From contig CANNHA010000001.1 in NCBI GenBank assembly GCA_947504275.1, positions 12,586 to 76,585 of the forward strand: a stretch of 64,000 bases of DNA, in the 5' to 3' direction. Shown here one piece after another: positions 17,946 through 27,604 of the stretch (its first letter is position 1; every line of letters begins with the position of its first letter). The position numbers were made by a program, and so were the translations under genes. The notes under the pieces were generated by a model. It did not search any database. It was not told where the DNA came from and saw only the letters and a program-made list of their open reading frames with translations. This DNA comes from Flavobacteriales bacterium. GTDB taxonomy: Bacteria; Bacteroidota; Bacteroidia; Flavobacteriales_D; Sanyastnellaceae.

Positions 17946-18611
17946 ATGAAATCATCTAATTGGAAAAAGTACACCTTACTCATCGGTGTACTTTTTTTAT
18001 TCCCACTCATTTGGGTAGTATTTTTTGGGGTAATGGGAAAGCATCATTTCAATACATTGCCCTATTTTGACGCTTCACATTTGGAGGGTGATACAATGCG
18101 ATTGGATCATAAGGTTTCCAATGCGAACATGTTAGATGAAAACTTTCAGCCTTTTCAGCTGAGAGAACTTAATGGGAAGGTTTGGTTGGCTTGCTTTTAT
18201 GATTTGACGGATGATCACATTGGGAAAATTACTGAGCGATTGCTGAACGTTAATTTCAAGTACCGCAATGAGCCAGACATTGGTTTGGTTGTGATCTCCA
18301 GAAAACCCGACTCTTTGAATCAAGATCAAGTACAAGCTTATCTGAAAGGATTAACCAAGTACAATAAATTTGATGGGAAATGGAAATTCTTGATGGCTGA
18401 TGACACTGTCATTTCTGCCATTGAGAAGGAGAGCTTTTTTATTCAAGATTTGTCAAAGGAGGCTAGGTTTAGATTGGTGGATACAGAAGGTCATATCCGA
18501 GGTTTATACGGGAATACCGAGTATCACATGCAAAGCATCATTGAAGACATAGCTTTGTTAAAGAAGGAAGTGGATATTGCGCGATATAAAAAGACACATG
18601 CTGCGGAGTAG
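17946..18611 (+). CDS. SCO1/SenC-like paralogue lacking the CxxxC copper site
   Basis: Aligns by eye with the next gene (LVDTEGHIRGLYGNT versus LIDKNFHIRGYYDGT). The CxxxC position reads DLTDDHIGK. Confidence 0.6.
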   Translation: MKSSNWKKYTLLIGVLFLFPLIWVVFFGVMGKHHFNTLPYFDASHLEGDTMRLDHKVSNANMLDENFQPFQLRELNGKVWLACFYDLTDDHIGKITERLLNVNFKYRNEPDIGLVVISRKPDSLNQDQVQAYLKGLTKYNKFDGKWKFLMADDTVISAIEKESFFIQDLSKEARFRLVDTEGHIRGLYGNTEYHMQSIIEDIALLKKEVDIARYKKTHAAE

Positions 18612-19218
18612 ATTTTTTTTGATTCTTCTTGTGTTCACTTTCTGGGGTTGTAAAAACCAAGATCCATTACCATTTTTGGGAACACATGAAGTTATCGATG
18701 GCGATACGGTCTACTATACCATTCCTAAATTTTATGGTTTGACAGATCAAGATGGCTATGGTTTTTCATTTGATCAAGTAAAAGGGAAAGCTTTTGTAGC
18801 GGAGTTTTTTTTCAGCCGATGTAAAAGTATTTGTCCATTAATGACTTCTCAAATGGCTCGAATACAAGATGAGATTAAAAAGAATGGCTGGCAAGGCAGT
18901 GTGGAATTGCTTTCTCATACTGTGGATCCTATATATGATCAGCCTAAAATTTTGAAATCCTATGCAAAAACGCATGGCGCTGATTTTTCCATTTGGACTT
19001 TTGTTAATGCTGATAGCGCGGTCTATGCGCTTGCTCAACAAGGTTATTTGCTCAGTGCGTTTCCTTCTGCTGATGCTGATGGAGGATTTTTTCATACGGA
19101 TCAGCTCACACTGATAGATAAGAATTTTCACATACGGGGATATTATGATGGTACCTCCACAAAAGCCGTTGATGAATTAATCAAAGATTTAGGTGTGTTA
19201 ATGGCTGAAGAAGATTAA
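18598..19218 (+). CDS. SCO1/SenC family copper chaperone (lipoprotein)
   Basis: FFFSRCKSICPLM (CxxxCP) motif and a conserved His in GGFFHTDQ. Lipobox-like FWGC; start set at ATG 18598. Confidence 0.8.
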   Translation: MLRSRFFLILLVFTFWGCKNQDPLPFLGTHEVIDGDTVYYTIPKFYGLTDQDGYGFSFDQVKGKAFVAEFFFSRCKSICPLMTSQMARIQDEIKKNGWQGSVELLSHTVDPIYDQPKILKSYAKTHGADFSIWTFVNADSAVYALAQQGYLLSAFPSADADGGFFHTDQLTLIDKNFHIRGYYDGTSTKAVDELIKDLGVLMAEED

Positions 19219-19227
19219 ATTTGTTTT

Positions 19228-19764
19228 ATGCTAGAACCTACTTTTAAAAAGAACGATGCCAAGGCCAAATTCTTGATTTACCTTGTCTCAGCAGTTGTAT
19301 TTGTTGCCGTTGTTGCATTAAAATACATCAAATTGGATGTGGACCTTCCATTCAGCAAGCATTTGTTTGCCGACATTAATGCAGTAATCAATGCTACTGT
19401 AGCTATCCTTCTGGTGCTAGCTTTATGGATGGTTAAAGAAGAAAAGTACAAGACGCATAAGCTTCTAATGATGTCGGCAATGGTATTGTCCATTGTTTTT
19501 TTGGTTTCCTATATCGGGCATCATATGTTTTCAGGTGAGACATCCTACGCTGGTGATTTCAAAGTTTTTTATTATATAGTATTGATTAGTCACATCATCT
19601 TGGCGGCTATTATTTTGCCATTTATTTTATTCAGTGCTTATCGCGCGTTGATTGGTGAGTATGCAGAGCATAAGCGTTTGGCCAAGTGGACTTGGCCCAT
19701 TTGGTTTTATGTTGCAGTGACGGGAGTTGTGGTTTATTTGATGATTTCACCCTATTACGAATGA
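19228..19764 (+). CDS. DUF420 membrane protein (CtaM-like cytochrome oxidase biogenesis factor)
   Basis: Four-TM 178-aa protein in the cox cluster. DUF420 is the family of Bacillus CtaM. Confidence 0.7.
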   Translation: MLEPTFKKNDAKAKFLIYLVSAVVFVAVVALKYIKLDVDLPFSKHLFADINAVINATVAILLVLALWMVKEEKYKTHKLLMMSAMVLSIVFLVSYIGHHMFSGETSYAGDFKVFYYIVLISHIILAAIILPFILFSAYRALIGEYAEHKRLAKWTWPIWFYVAVTGVVVYLMISPYYE

Positions 19765-19991
19765 TGAAAAGAGCTTTGTTGATTTTGTCAATATTGTTTT
19801 GGTCATTTATTGGTCAAGCTCAGTGTGCAATGTGCCGGGCTACTGCTGAGCAGGCCTCAACTGAGAATGGTGGAATTGCAGAAGGTTTAAATACAGGTAT
19901 TGTGTATCTTATGTTTTTGCCTTACCTTTTGTTTCTCATTGGCGGATTGGTTTTTTTTAGAAAAAGAATCATTTCGTTTTTTAAAGATTGA
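19761..19991 (+). CDS. small membrane-anchored protein with CxxC motif
   Basis: 76 aa: MMKRALLILSILFWSFIGQAQCAMCRATAEQ... followed by a C-terminal TM helix. The ATGA overlaps the DUF420 stop. Confidence 0.55.
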   Translation: MMKRALLILSILFWSFIGQAQCAMCRATAEQASTENGGIAEGLNTGIVYLMFLPYLLFLIGGLVFFRKRIISFFKD

Positions 19992-19994
19992 AAA

Positions 19995-20714
19995 ATGAAA
20001 AAAGTATTCATCGCGATCATAGTATTATTGTCTTTTGTGACAACATATGCTCAGCCCAGATTTGTTAAAGAGCGAGCTGATTACGATGGAGAAGAGGTGA
20101 TGAAGCCTTTTTATTTTTCAATTCAATCGGATGATCATCAACTCGTATTGAATCCAGTTGGACGTATTTCTGGTCGATTGGATACAGGAGAATTGGAAGT
20201 GATTTCTTTGGATGGTAAGGCGGTGGATGCATATCCCTATCGTGAGTTGAAAGGAGCTATTTTAGCCAAGAACTATTTGCCGTATTTTTTTCATTTATTT
20301 CCTATGGATATTCCTCAGTCTCAAAAACAGGTGATGATGATGCCTATTTCAGAGGGTGCATCATTCGTTGCTGAGGGTATCGTTTTCTTGGGTGATAATA
20401 CCAACATTTATTTTTCATCCGTGGATGCGCTTCAATCATTGCTGGAATTTATGAATATGCACCCAAGTGTACGTGTTAGAATTATTGGTCACGTTAATGC
20501 CAATGCAGAAACCAAATTGAGTGATACTCAATTGATGACATTGGCTAAAAAACGAGCTGAAAACATTCAGGATTATTTAATCAATCACGGTGTTTCCAAG
20601 CATCGCTTGAGCGCCATGGGAAGAGGTCGTGAAGCCGTTAAGTATCCCAACCCTCAGACAGAGGAGGAATTGGAGTTCAACCGACGTGTGGAAATTGAGG
20701 TGATTGGATTTTAA
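19995..20714 (+). CDS. OmpA-family protein
   Basis: Signal peptide plus a C-terminal OmpA-like domain (..RAENIQDYLINHGVSKHRLSAMGRGREA...NRRVEIEVI). Confidence 0.8.
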   Translation: MKKVFIAIIVLLSFVTTYAQPRFVKERADYDGEEVMKPFYFSIQSDDHQLVLNPVGRISGRLDTGELEVISLDGKAVDAYPYRELKGAILAKNYLPYFFHLFPMDIPQSQKQVMMMPISEGASFVAEGIVFLGDNTNIYFSSVDALQSLLEFMNMHPSVRVRIIGHVNANAETKLSDTQLMTLAKKRAENIQDYLINHGVSKHRLSAMGRGREAVKYPNPQTEEELEFNRRVEIEVIGF

Positions 20715-20739
20715 TCCTAAAATTGTATAATCCAACGCT

Positions 20740-22203
20740 ATGAAACAGGTGCCATCGTACTTTAGCACCATGCGAATTCTTAATATCGTTTTCATTTCTA
20801 TATTTTTCCATTTTTCTGCCAAGGCTCAATGGACTTTGGAGAAATGTGTCGAACAGGCCATTGGCAATAACATTCAATTGCAGCAAGCCATAATCAATGA
20901 GCAGATTACGGCTTATGGTCAATGGACTGCTGTGGGATCCATGTTGCCCGGTATCAATGGTCAGGCAAGTCATGGATACAATTGGGGTCAGCGTATTGAC
21001 CCATTCACCAATAGCTTTGCCAGCGAGCGAATTCAAAGCAATAGCTTTGGGGTGTCCAGTTCATTGGACTTATTTACTGGTGGTCAGAATTGGTTCAATT
21101 ACCAAAAGGCCAAATCAGACGCAGCGGCGAGTCAATGGAATGTTGAGAATGTGAAGAATCAGATTGCCTTGCAAACTACAAATGCTTTTTTGAATGTTAT
21201 TCTCACTACAGAGTTGCTCAAGATTGCGCAAAGCACTTCTGACAATTCATTAGAACAATTGAATCGTTTGAAAAAGCTTTATGAGATTGGAACGATCAAT
21301 CCCGGGACTTTATCTGAAATGGAGGCGCAACATAAGTCGGACTTAGCCAATCAAGTTGTATCAGAGAACAATCTGAAAGTTGCCAAATTGTCGTTGATTC
21401 AGATTATGCGATTGGAAGAAAAGGAGTCGCAAGTTTTTGAAGCCTCATTTCCGGATATTGCATTGTTTGGTGTAAGTGATCAGTTGCCTCCTAAGTCTTT
21501 GGTTATTGAAACAGCTCTAGGCAACCAACCTAGTATTCAATCCAGTTTGGCTGCTATATCTGCGGCTCAGTACAACTTTAAAATGGCCAAGTCTGGAGTA
21601 TCCCCCAGATTGTCTGCTTCCTTATCGTTAGGGACAGGATATTCAGGTGCGGCAAGGGTGATTACCGGTAATCCCGATTTGCTGAGTTATCCCATTGGAA
21701 CAGTGATGGGCACCAATGATATTGTATTGTCTATTCCTCAGCAAGTTTATTTTTCAGATGATTATGCTGTGAAATCCTTTGACGCTCAGATGAGAGATAA
21801 TGTTAACCGATCTTTTTTCTTTTCTTTAACTGTTCCTATATTCAATGGATTTCAGAATCATGCCAACATTCAAAGATCAAGGTTGGGCGTGGAGAATGCC
21901 AAGTTGAATTGGGAATTGGCAAAACAGCAATTGAAGATGGATATCGAGACCGCTTATACCAACGCTGAGGCGGCCATATCTAGTTATCGAGCCAATGAGT
22001 TGAGCTTTCAGTCCAATGAGCAATCCTATCAATGGTCAAAAACCAGATATGACAACGGTTTAATTAACGCCACAGAATTGAGCATTGCTAGAAATCGCAT
22101 GGATATCGCCAAAGCCCAATTGGTTAGATCCAAAGTCGATTTTGTTTTTAAACGCAACATTTTAAATTTTTATTTGAATCAACCCATACAACTACAACCA
22201 TGA
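20740..22203 (+). CDS. TolC-family outer membrane efflux protein
   Basis: Signal peptide and two OEP repeats, starting with WTLEKCVEQAIGNNIQLQQA. Confidence 0.85.
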   Translation: MKQVPSYFSTMRILNIVFISIFFHFSAKAQWTLEKCVEQAIGNNIQLQQAIINEQITAYGQWTAVGSMLPGINGQASHGYNWGQRIDPFTNSFASERIQSNSFGVSSSLDLFTGGQNWFNYQKAKSDAAASQWNVENVKNQIALQTTNAFLNVILTTELLKIAQSTSDNSLEQLNRLKKLYEIGTINPGTLSEMEAQHKSDLANQVVSENNLKVAKLSLIQIMRLEEKESQVFEASFPDIALFGVSDQLPPKSLVIETALGNQPSIQSSLAAISAAQYNFKMAKSGVSPRLSASLSLGTGYSGAARVITGNPDLLSYPIGTVMGTNDIVLSIPQQVYFSDDYAVKSFDAQMRDNVNRSFFFSLTVPIFNGFQNHANIQRSRLGVENAKLNWELAKQQLKMDIETAYTNAEAAISSYRANELSFQSNEQSYQWSKTRYDNGLINATELSIARNRMDIAKAQLVRSKVDFVFKRNILNFYLNQPIQLQP

Positions 22204-23495
22204 AGAATAAAAGAAAAAGGAATTGGATCATTGCAGGAATTGTTCTGCTTTTGATTGTATTGGTGATATGGTTAACCAAGGATAAGAAAGAGCGACATGT
22301 TCAGGCAGAGATGCCAGCCGTGAGAACCATCATAGAAAAGGTAAGTGCCAGTGGTAAAGTTCAACCATCCTCAGAGGTGAAAATACAATCAGATGTCAGT
22401 GGTCAAATTGTAGCATTGCCTGTCAAAGAGGGAGACCACGTTGTAAAAGGTCAGTTGTTGGTAAGAATAAATCCTGATTTGTATACCTCTGCTTTGCAAA
22501 GAGCTGAGGCAACACTTAATTCTTCCAAAAGCAATTTGAGCAGTGCCAAAGCAAGATTGTTGCAGGCCCAAGCTCAATCTAAGCTACAAGAGTTGACATT
22601 CAAAAGAAATGAAAAGCTGTATGCTGAGAAGGCCATTTCAACGGCCGAGATGGACAATTCAAGATCAGTGTTTGAAACGGCCAATGCAGAAGTTTCAGCG
22701 GCCATGGAGAGTGTGAAAAGCGCTGAGTTTGCAATTGCCAGTGCTGAAGCCAGTAGAAATGAGGCTTCTGATAATTTGAAAAGAACAACCATCCTTTCTC
22801 CCATTGATGGAACGGTGACCGCATTGACCAAAGAAGTAGGTGAGGCCGTATTGGGGAACAACATGACCAGCGGCGATGTGATCATGAAGATATCGGGATT
22901 AAGCAACATGGAGGTGAATGTAGAAGTGAATGAAAGTGATATTGTTCGTGTGCAATTAGGAGATACCGCTATTGTAGCTGTTGATGCTTTCAGAAATGAA
23001 AAGTTTAAAGGTATCGTTACAGAAATAGGCAATACTGCGTTGAATTTAATGACAACAGGTTCAATGGCCGGCGCTACCAATAATCAAGTTACCAATTTCT
23101 CCGTGAAGATTAGCATTCTTCCTGAGTCGTATCAACATTTGTTACAAGCTGGAGGTACGGATTCTCCTTTTAGACCAGGCATGACAGCAACGGTTGATAT
23201 CCTTTCAGAGAAAGTAGAGCAAGTGATGAGTATTCCCATCAAAGCGGTTACCACTAGACCCGATAGTTTGAAGTCGGATGAAATGCGAACATGTGTTTTT
23301 GTTTTGGATAATACAGGAAAAGCAAAGGTTAAGTACGTCAATACTGGCGTTCAGGATGATCAGTTTATCCATGTTATCGAGGGTGTATCCAAGGACGAAC
23401 AGGTAATTACTGGTCCGTATGATGAAGTCGCCAAGTCGTTGAGCAATGGGGATGAAGTGACCATTGGTGAAATCGAGTTGAAGGAGGAAAAGTGA
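22200..23495 (+). CDS. efflux periplasmic adaptor subunit (HlyD/MacA-like)
   Basis: N-terminal TM, a lipoyl-like segment (SDVSGQIVALPVKEGDHVVKGQLL), a long coiled-coil hairpin and a beta-barrel C-terminus. Confidence 0.85.
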   Translation: MKNKRKRNWIIAGIVLLLIVLVIWLTKDKKERHVQAEMPAVRTIIEKVSASGKVQPSSEVKIQSDVSGQIVALPVKEGDHVVKGQLLVRINPDLYTSALQRAEATLNSSKSNLSSAKARLLQAQAQSKLQELTFKRNEKLYAEKAISTAEMDNSRSVFETANAEVSAAMESVKSAEFAIASAEASRNEASDNLKRTTILSPIDGTVTALTKEVGEAVLGNNMTSGDVIMKISGLSNMEVNVEVNESDIVRVQLGDTAIVAVDAFRNEKFKGIVTEIGNTALNLMTTGSMAGATNNQVTNFSVKISILPESYQHLLQAGGTDSPFRPGMTATVDILSEKVEQVMSIPIKAVTTRPDSLKSDEMRTCVFVLDNTGKAKVKYVNTGVQDDQFIHVIEGVSKDEQVITGPYDEVAKSLSNGDEVTIGEIELKEEK

Positions 23496-24139
23496 TTTTA
23501 GGTATTGAAACTTCGTCAAAGAATTGCAGTCTAGCCTTGTGGCAAGGGTCGCAGCTTTTGGGAAGTTTGGATCAAGTCAGTGAAGACTTTCTTCACGCGG
23601 AAATTTTACACCAAGAGATAGAGAAGTTGTTGAAGTCTTCTGGAGTAGAATTTTCAGATTTGAGTTCGGTGGTTGTTGGCAGTGGCCCAGGTTCATATAC
23701 GGGATTAAGAATAGGAGTTTCAGCAGCCAAGGGATTTGCAATGGCATTGAATATTCCATTGTTTGCTGTTTCTGGTTTGCAAATGATGTTGTCCCAAAAT
23801 ACAAGCGAATTTCAAGGGCGTGTTTTGGTAGTTATGGATGCCAGGCGCAATGAAGTTTATGGAGCCTGGAGAAATTCAGATGGATCATCGACCGCAGCTG
23901 AGGCAATTATAGTGGATGATGCGTTTGTGAGCACATTCTTGAGTAATCCATTGATGGTAATTGGTGAGAATGCTACGAAATTAAAATCTTTGTTGCCAGA
24001 AGGTACCCAGTTTGTTGATACATTGCCCAGTGTTCGTGTGGTATGTCAGGAGGGTTTGAGTTTAGGTGAGCCTGTTGACTTGGCTTACTTTGAGCCTGTT
24101 TATGTAAAACCATTTATTCCAACTGTGGCTAAGAAATGA
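23492..24139 (+). CDS. tsaB: tRNA t6A biosynthesis protein TsaB
   Basis: ILGIETSSKNCSLAL and VGSGPGSYTGLRIGVSAAKG motifs. The GTG start overlaps the adaptor stop. Confidence 0.85.
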   Translation: MILGIETSSKNCSLALWQGSQLLGSLDQVSEDFLHAEILHQEIEKLLKSSGVEFSDLSSVVVGSGPGSYTGLRIGVSAAKGFAMALNIPLFAVSGLQMMLSQNTSEFQGRVLVVMDARRNEVYGAWRNSDGSSTAAEAIIVDDAFVSTFLSNPLMVIGENATKLKSLLPEGTQFVDTLPSVRVVCQEGLSLGEPVDLAYFEPVYVKPFIPTVAKK

Positions 24140-24558
24140 AACGGATTTTATTCATATTGTTATTGATGTTTACCATTGGCGGTTGTGACCGTTGCAATAG
24201 AAGTCAATTGTTGCCTGAGGTGAGTTTTGCTTTTACCATCAACATCAATGAACCATCGTATTTTGATTTATCCGTAGCGACAGGTTTTTTGTATTTTGAT
24301 GGAGGTACAGTTAAACTGATTATTTACCGCATTAATCAAGAAGAGTTCAACGTTTATGATGCAAGAAGTACGCATAATCCAGACGATCCTTGTATTTGCG
24401 TGGTAGATGATGATCATATTTTTATCAAAGATCCATGTGGTGATTCCAAGTGGCTATTGACTGATGGTACAATAGTAGAAGGGTCGGCTTCTCAAAACTT
24501 GTTGCAATACAATTACACTTTTGATTCAGCCACAGGGGTGTTGTACTTTTACAATTGA
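24136..24558 (+). CDS. hypothetical lipoprotein
   Basis: Lipobox MFTIGGC, 140 aa, Cys-containing beta-rich protein. No family recognised. Confidence 0.5.
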   Translation: MKRILFILLLMFTIGGCDRCNRSQLLPEVSFAFTININEPSYFDLSVATGFLYFDGGTVKLIIYRINQEEFNVYDARSTHNPDDPCICVVDDDHIFIKDPCGDSKWLLTDGTIVEGSASQNLLQYNYTFDSATGVLYFYN

Positions 24559-24926
24559 TGAAGGCATTTTATTCCATTCTGCTTCTAATTGGTAGCAATG
24601 TGTTTATGACCTTAGCTTGGTACGGACATTTGAAGTTTAAGGAGTTTGAATGGACTAAGTCTTGGGGATTGATAACAATTATTTTGATCAGTTGGGGGAT
24701 AGCACTTTTTGAATATTTTTTGCAAGTTCCAGCCAATAGAATGGGTTCCAAATTGTATGGAGGACCTTTTGATTTATTTCAATTGAAAATCTTGCAAGAA
24801 GTTATTTCGCTTGGTGTGTTTATGGTAATGGCCATCATCCTTTTCAAAGGCGAGAGTGTCAAATGGAATCACATAGCTGCCATGTTTTGTATGATTGCAG
24901 CTGTTTATTTTGTTTTTAAGAAATAG
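24555..24926 (+). CDS. DMT-superfamily small membrane protein (DUF486-like)
   Basis: 123 aa with four TM helices. Its N-terminus is SNVFMTLAWYGHLKF. Confidence 0.7.
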   Translation: MMKAFYSILLLIGSNVFMTLAWYGHLKFKEFEWTKSWGLITIILISWGIALFEYFLQVPANRMGSKLYGGPFDLFQLKILQEVISLGVFMVMAIILFKGESVKWNHIAAMFCMIAAVYFVFKK

Positions 24927-24929
24927 AAC

Positions 24930-25337
24930 ATGATTAAGAAAATTGAACATTTGGGCATAGCGGTGCAGGACATAGAAGCGTCTAATGCCCTTTTTGAAAA
25001 ACTATTGAACACCTCACCCTATAAAAATGAGGTGGTAGAGCGAGAGGGTGTCCTGACCAGTTTCTTTCAAGTAGGTGAGAGCAAGATAGAGTTGCTGCAG
25101 GCCATTCATGAAGATAGTCCTATTGCAAAGTATTTGGAAAAGAACAAACAAGGCATTCACCACATTGCATTTGATGTGGATGATATTTATGCAGAGATGA
25201 GCCGGTTGGAAAAAGAGGGTTTTGTTCTATTAAGCCCGGAACCAAAACCAGGTGCAGATGGAAAGATGATTGTTTTTTTGCATCCAAAATCAACAAATGG
25301 TGTGTTGATCGAGTTGTGTCAGGATGCACAGCGTTAA
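24930..25337 (+). CDS. methylmalonyl-CoA epimerase (VOC family)
   Basis: IEHLGIAV...HHIAFDV...LIELCQ pattern. Size 135 aa. Confidence 0.8.
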   Translation: MIKKIEHLGIAVQDIEASNALFEKLLNTSPYKNEVVEREGVLTSFFQVGESKIELLQAIHEDSPIAKYLEKNKQGIHHIAFDVDDIYAEMSRLEKEGFVLLSPEPKPGADGKMIVFLHPKSTNGVLIELCQDAQR

Positions 25338-26227
25338 TTGCGTTTTCTGATTTTTACGCGTTTTATTTTTTCATCAAAAAGCCCATTTTTACGGCTGTGT
25401 TTCCCTGGATCATCCTTGTCAATTTCAATGTTGACATTGGGCCGGTTTTCACAGGATTTGGAGGGTCTTTTCTTGAGTAGGATGATGCGAGCAGTGAGTA
25501 AGATGGGTTGCCAATCCGTGTTCAGTACTCTCATTTGCGGCCACTTCTCATCCCAAGGATAAAAGGTAAACAATGGTGTTTCTAATGTATACAATACAAA
25601 GAGTCCAGGAAATTTTTTTCGTCCCAAACCTATTTGATAATTAATTCCTCCACTGAGTTTTGACGGCATAATCTCGGGTAATGGAATCGCCTCATTATTT
25701 TTCTTTTTTACGCGCTGAAAGGCCTGGTAGTCGACTGTCAAAACTGGGCCATGATGGAACCATGAACGATCCGTGAATTGCCTCATATCAATGGCACGGG
25801 CTTCAAATCCAAACGTATGTAGGTTGAATTTTGTTTTTCGGTCTGCGGCAATCCCTCCACTGTTATCCTTGCCTTGAAAATCACCATTGAATCTTTCTAA
25901 TCCCCGCAAACAATAATACCGTGCCCCTACTTCCCAATAATCAAAGTAATTCCATTTGGTTTTGAACCACATTTTATTGGCCTCAATAGCCCATCCCGCT
26001 TTGGGAGTGGCGAAAATAGTTCCGTCATATCTAAGCGCATTGCGATTGGTGATGTCGTAGCTGCTGATGGGAGTCTTTAACTTGTATGGAAGCATTACGG
26101 TTGCACCTGCGCCAAATGACCAACCATGATCCAAGTAGTCTGGCTCCGCATGCAATGGCCTTAATTGTCTTTGACTTAAAAGACAAAAGGGGGAAATGGT
26201 AAAAAGGACAATGAACAAAATTCGCAT
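25334..26227 (-). CDS. hypothetical outer-membrane-like protein with very basic C-terminal tail
   Basis: Signal peptide MRILFIVLFTISPFCLLSQ (start set at ATG 26227), alternating beta-strand pattern and a tail ..KIKRVKIRKRN. Confidence 0.5.
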   Translation of the reverse strand: MRILFIVLFTISPFCLLSQRQLRPLHAEPDYLDHGWSFGAGATVMLPYKLKTPISSYDITNRNALRYDGTIFATPKAGWAIEANKMWFKTKWNYFDYWEVGARYYCLRGLERFNGDFQGKDNSGGIAADRKTKFNLHTFGFEARAIDMRQFTDRSWFHHGPVLTVDYQAFQRVKKKNNEAIPLPEIMPSKLSGGINYQIGLGRKKFPGLFVLYTLETPLFTFYPWDEKWPQMRVLNTDWQPILLTARIILLKKRPSKSCENRPNVNIEIDKDDPGKHSRKNGLFDEKIKRVKIRKRN

Positions 26228-26263
26228 CTCTGGATATTTAGACAAAAATGTAAGAAAAATGCT

Positions 26264-27604
26264 TTATTGAATAAGGCTTAGCAATTTGTTTTCAACCTCA
26301 TCACTGTTCCAAACTTCTTCAATTTTAGGCATGTCAAGAATTTGAGCCATGATTTCATCTTGCCTTTTTCCATTGGCCAAAGCGATGTGATAAGGAATAT
26401 GGCTGAAAGTGACTTGTGAATACAAGGGCATCCATTTGTCGGGATGCTTTGTGCTAAACCAACCTTCTATTTTCTTTTGCAATAGGAATCGTGGATCGGC
26501 AGTGAGATCGCGCATTTCAATGTAATTTCTTAATGCCAATTCTAGAATGGCGTCACCATTGGGTTTGCGCTCTTGTGCAAATTGGGGAATGGCTTTTTCC
26601 CAATCCTCTTCAGTAGATGTTAGAATTTCCTCAAGTGAAGAACAGTCTTCAAATCCACAGTTCATTCCTTGACCGTAGAATGGAACAATAGCATGAGCAG
26701 CATCTCCCAACAAACATACATCTGAACCTACATTCCAAGGATTGCACTGGGTCATGACCAAGCTTCCAGTAGGGTGGTTAAAATAATCTTGGATTAACTC
26801 TGGCATCAAAGCTTTGGCATCAGGAAAATACTGATCAAAAAACGCATGAACATCTTGTTCTGTTTTAATCTTTTCAAAACTGACTTCTCCCTCAAAAGCC
26901 ATGAATAATGTACAGGTGAATGAACCATCAGGATTAGGTAAACCTATCATCATAAATTCACCACGAGGCCAGATGTGCAGACAGTCTTTTCTCAGTTGAT
27001 GGCTGCCGTCAGCAAGTGCAGGTATCTCCAATTCTTTATAACCATGCGCCAAATATTTTTGAGAATATTCATGTCGATCCAATCTGGTCATACGAGCTCT
27101 TACCGCGCTAAATGCTCCATCCGTTCCAAAAAGTCTATCATAGGGTGTGGCAATTTCTTTTAGCTCGTGTTCAAAATATATTGTCTTTTTTGACAAATCA
27201 ACGTCATTGCATTTGTGTTCAAAATGCAGTTTAACATTGGGGTACTCACTGGCGCAGTTCAATAGTGTTTGATTGAGTAATCCTCTAGAAACACTGTAGA
27301 TGGCTTGCCCTTCTTTTCCGTATGGTTGGTAGGTTAACTCCCCACTAACAGCGTGCATTAATCGCCCATACATGGGAAGAGCAACTTTTTCAATTTCACT
27401 TCTAATTCCCACGCCGTCTAGGCCTTTCCAACCGCGATCACTCAAGGCAAGATTGATACTTTTGCCTTGCACGATTTTCATCTTTCTGATGTCTGATCTG
27501 CGTTCAAATACATTGACTTGGTGCCCTCTTTTGGCCATATAAAGGGCCAATAAACTTCCAACTAGTCCGCCACCAACAATGGCAATGTTTTGTTCTTTAC
27601 TCAT
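26264..27604 (-). CDS. kynurenine 3-monooxygenase (FAD-dependent)
   Basis: IAIVGGGLVGSLLALYMAKRGHQVNVFERR dinucleotide fold, plus the GDAAHAIVPFYGQGMNCGFED motif characteristic of KMO. Confidence 0.85.
   Translation of the reverse strand: MSKEQNIAIVGGGLVGSLLALYMAKRGHQVNVFERRSDIRKMKIVQGKSINLALSDRGWKGLDGVGIRSEIEKVALPMYGRLMHAVSGELTYQPYGKEGQAIYSVSRGLLNQTLLNCASEYPNVKLHFEHKCNDVDLSKKTIYFEHELKEIATPYDRLFGTDGAFSAVRARMTRLDRHEYSQKYLAHGYKELEIPALADGSHQLRKDCLHIWPRGEFMMIGLPNPDGSFTCTLFMAFEGEVSFEKIKTEQDVHAFFDQYFPDAKALMPELIQDYFNHPTGSLVMTQCNPWNVGSDVCLLGDAAHAIVPFYGQGMNCGFEDCSSLEEILTSTEEDWEKAIPQFAQERKPNGDAILELALRNYIEMRDLTADPRFLLQKKIEGWFSTKHPDKWMPLYSQVTFSHIPYHIALANGKRQDEIMAQILDMPKIEEVWNSDEVENKLLSLIQ

Noticed and set aside
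22574-23080. 168-aa minus-strand ORF inside the HlyD adaptor gene.
   Set aside because: Shadow ORF. It is antisense to the Ala/Glu-rich coiled-coil region, has low-complexity S/A/L composition, and the plus-strand gene has clear family features.
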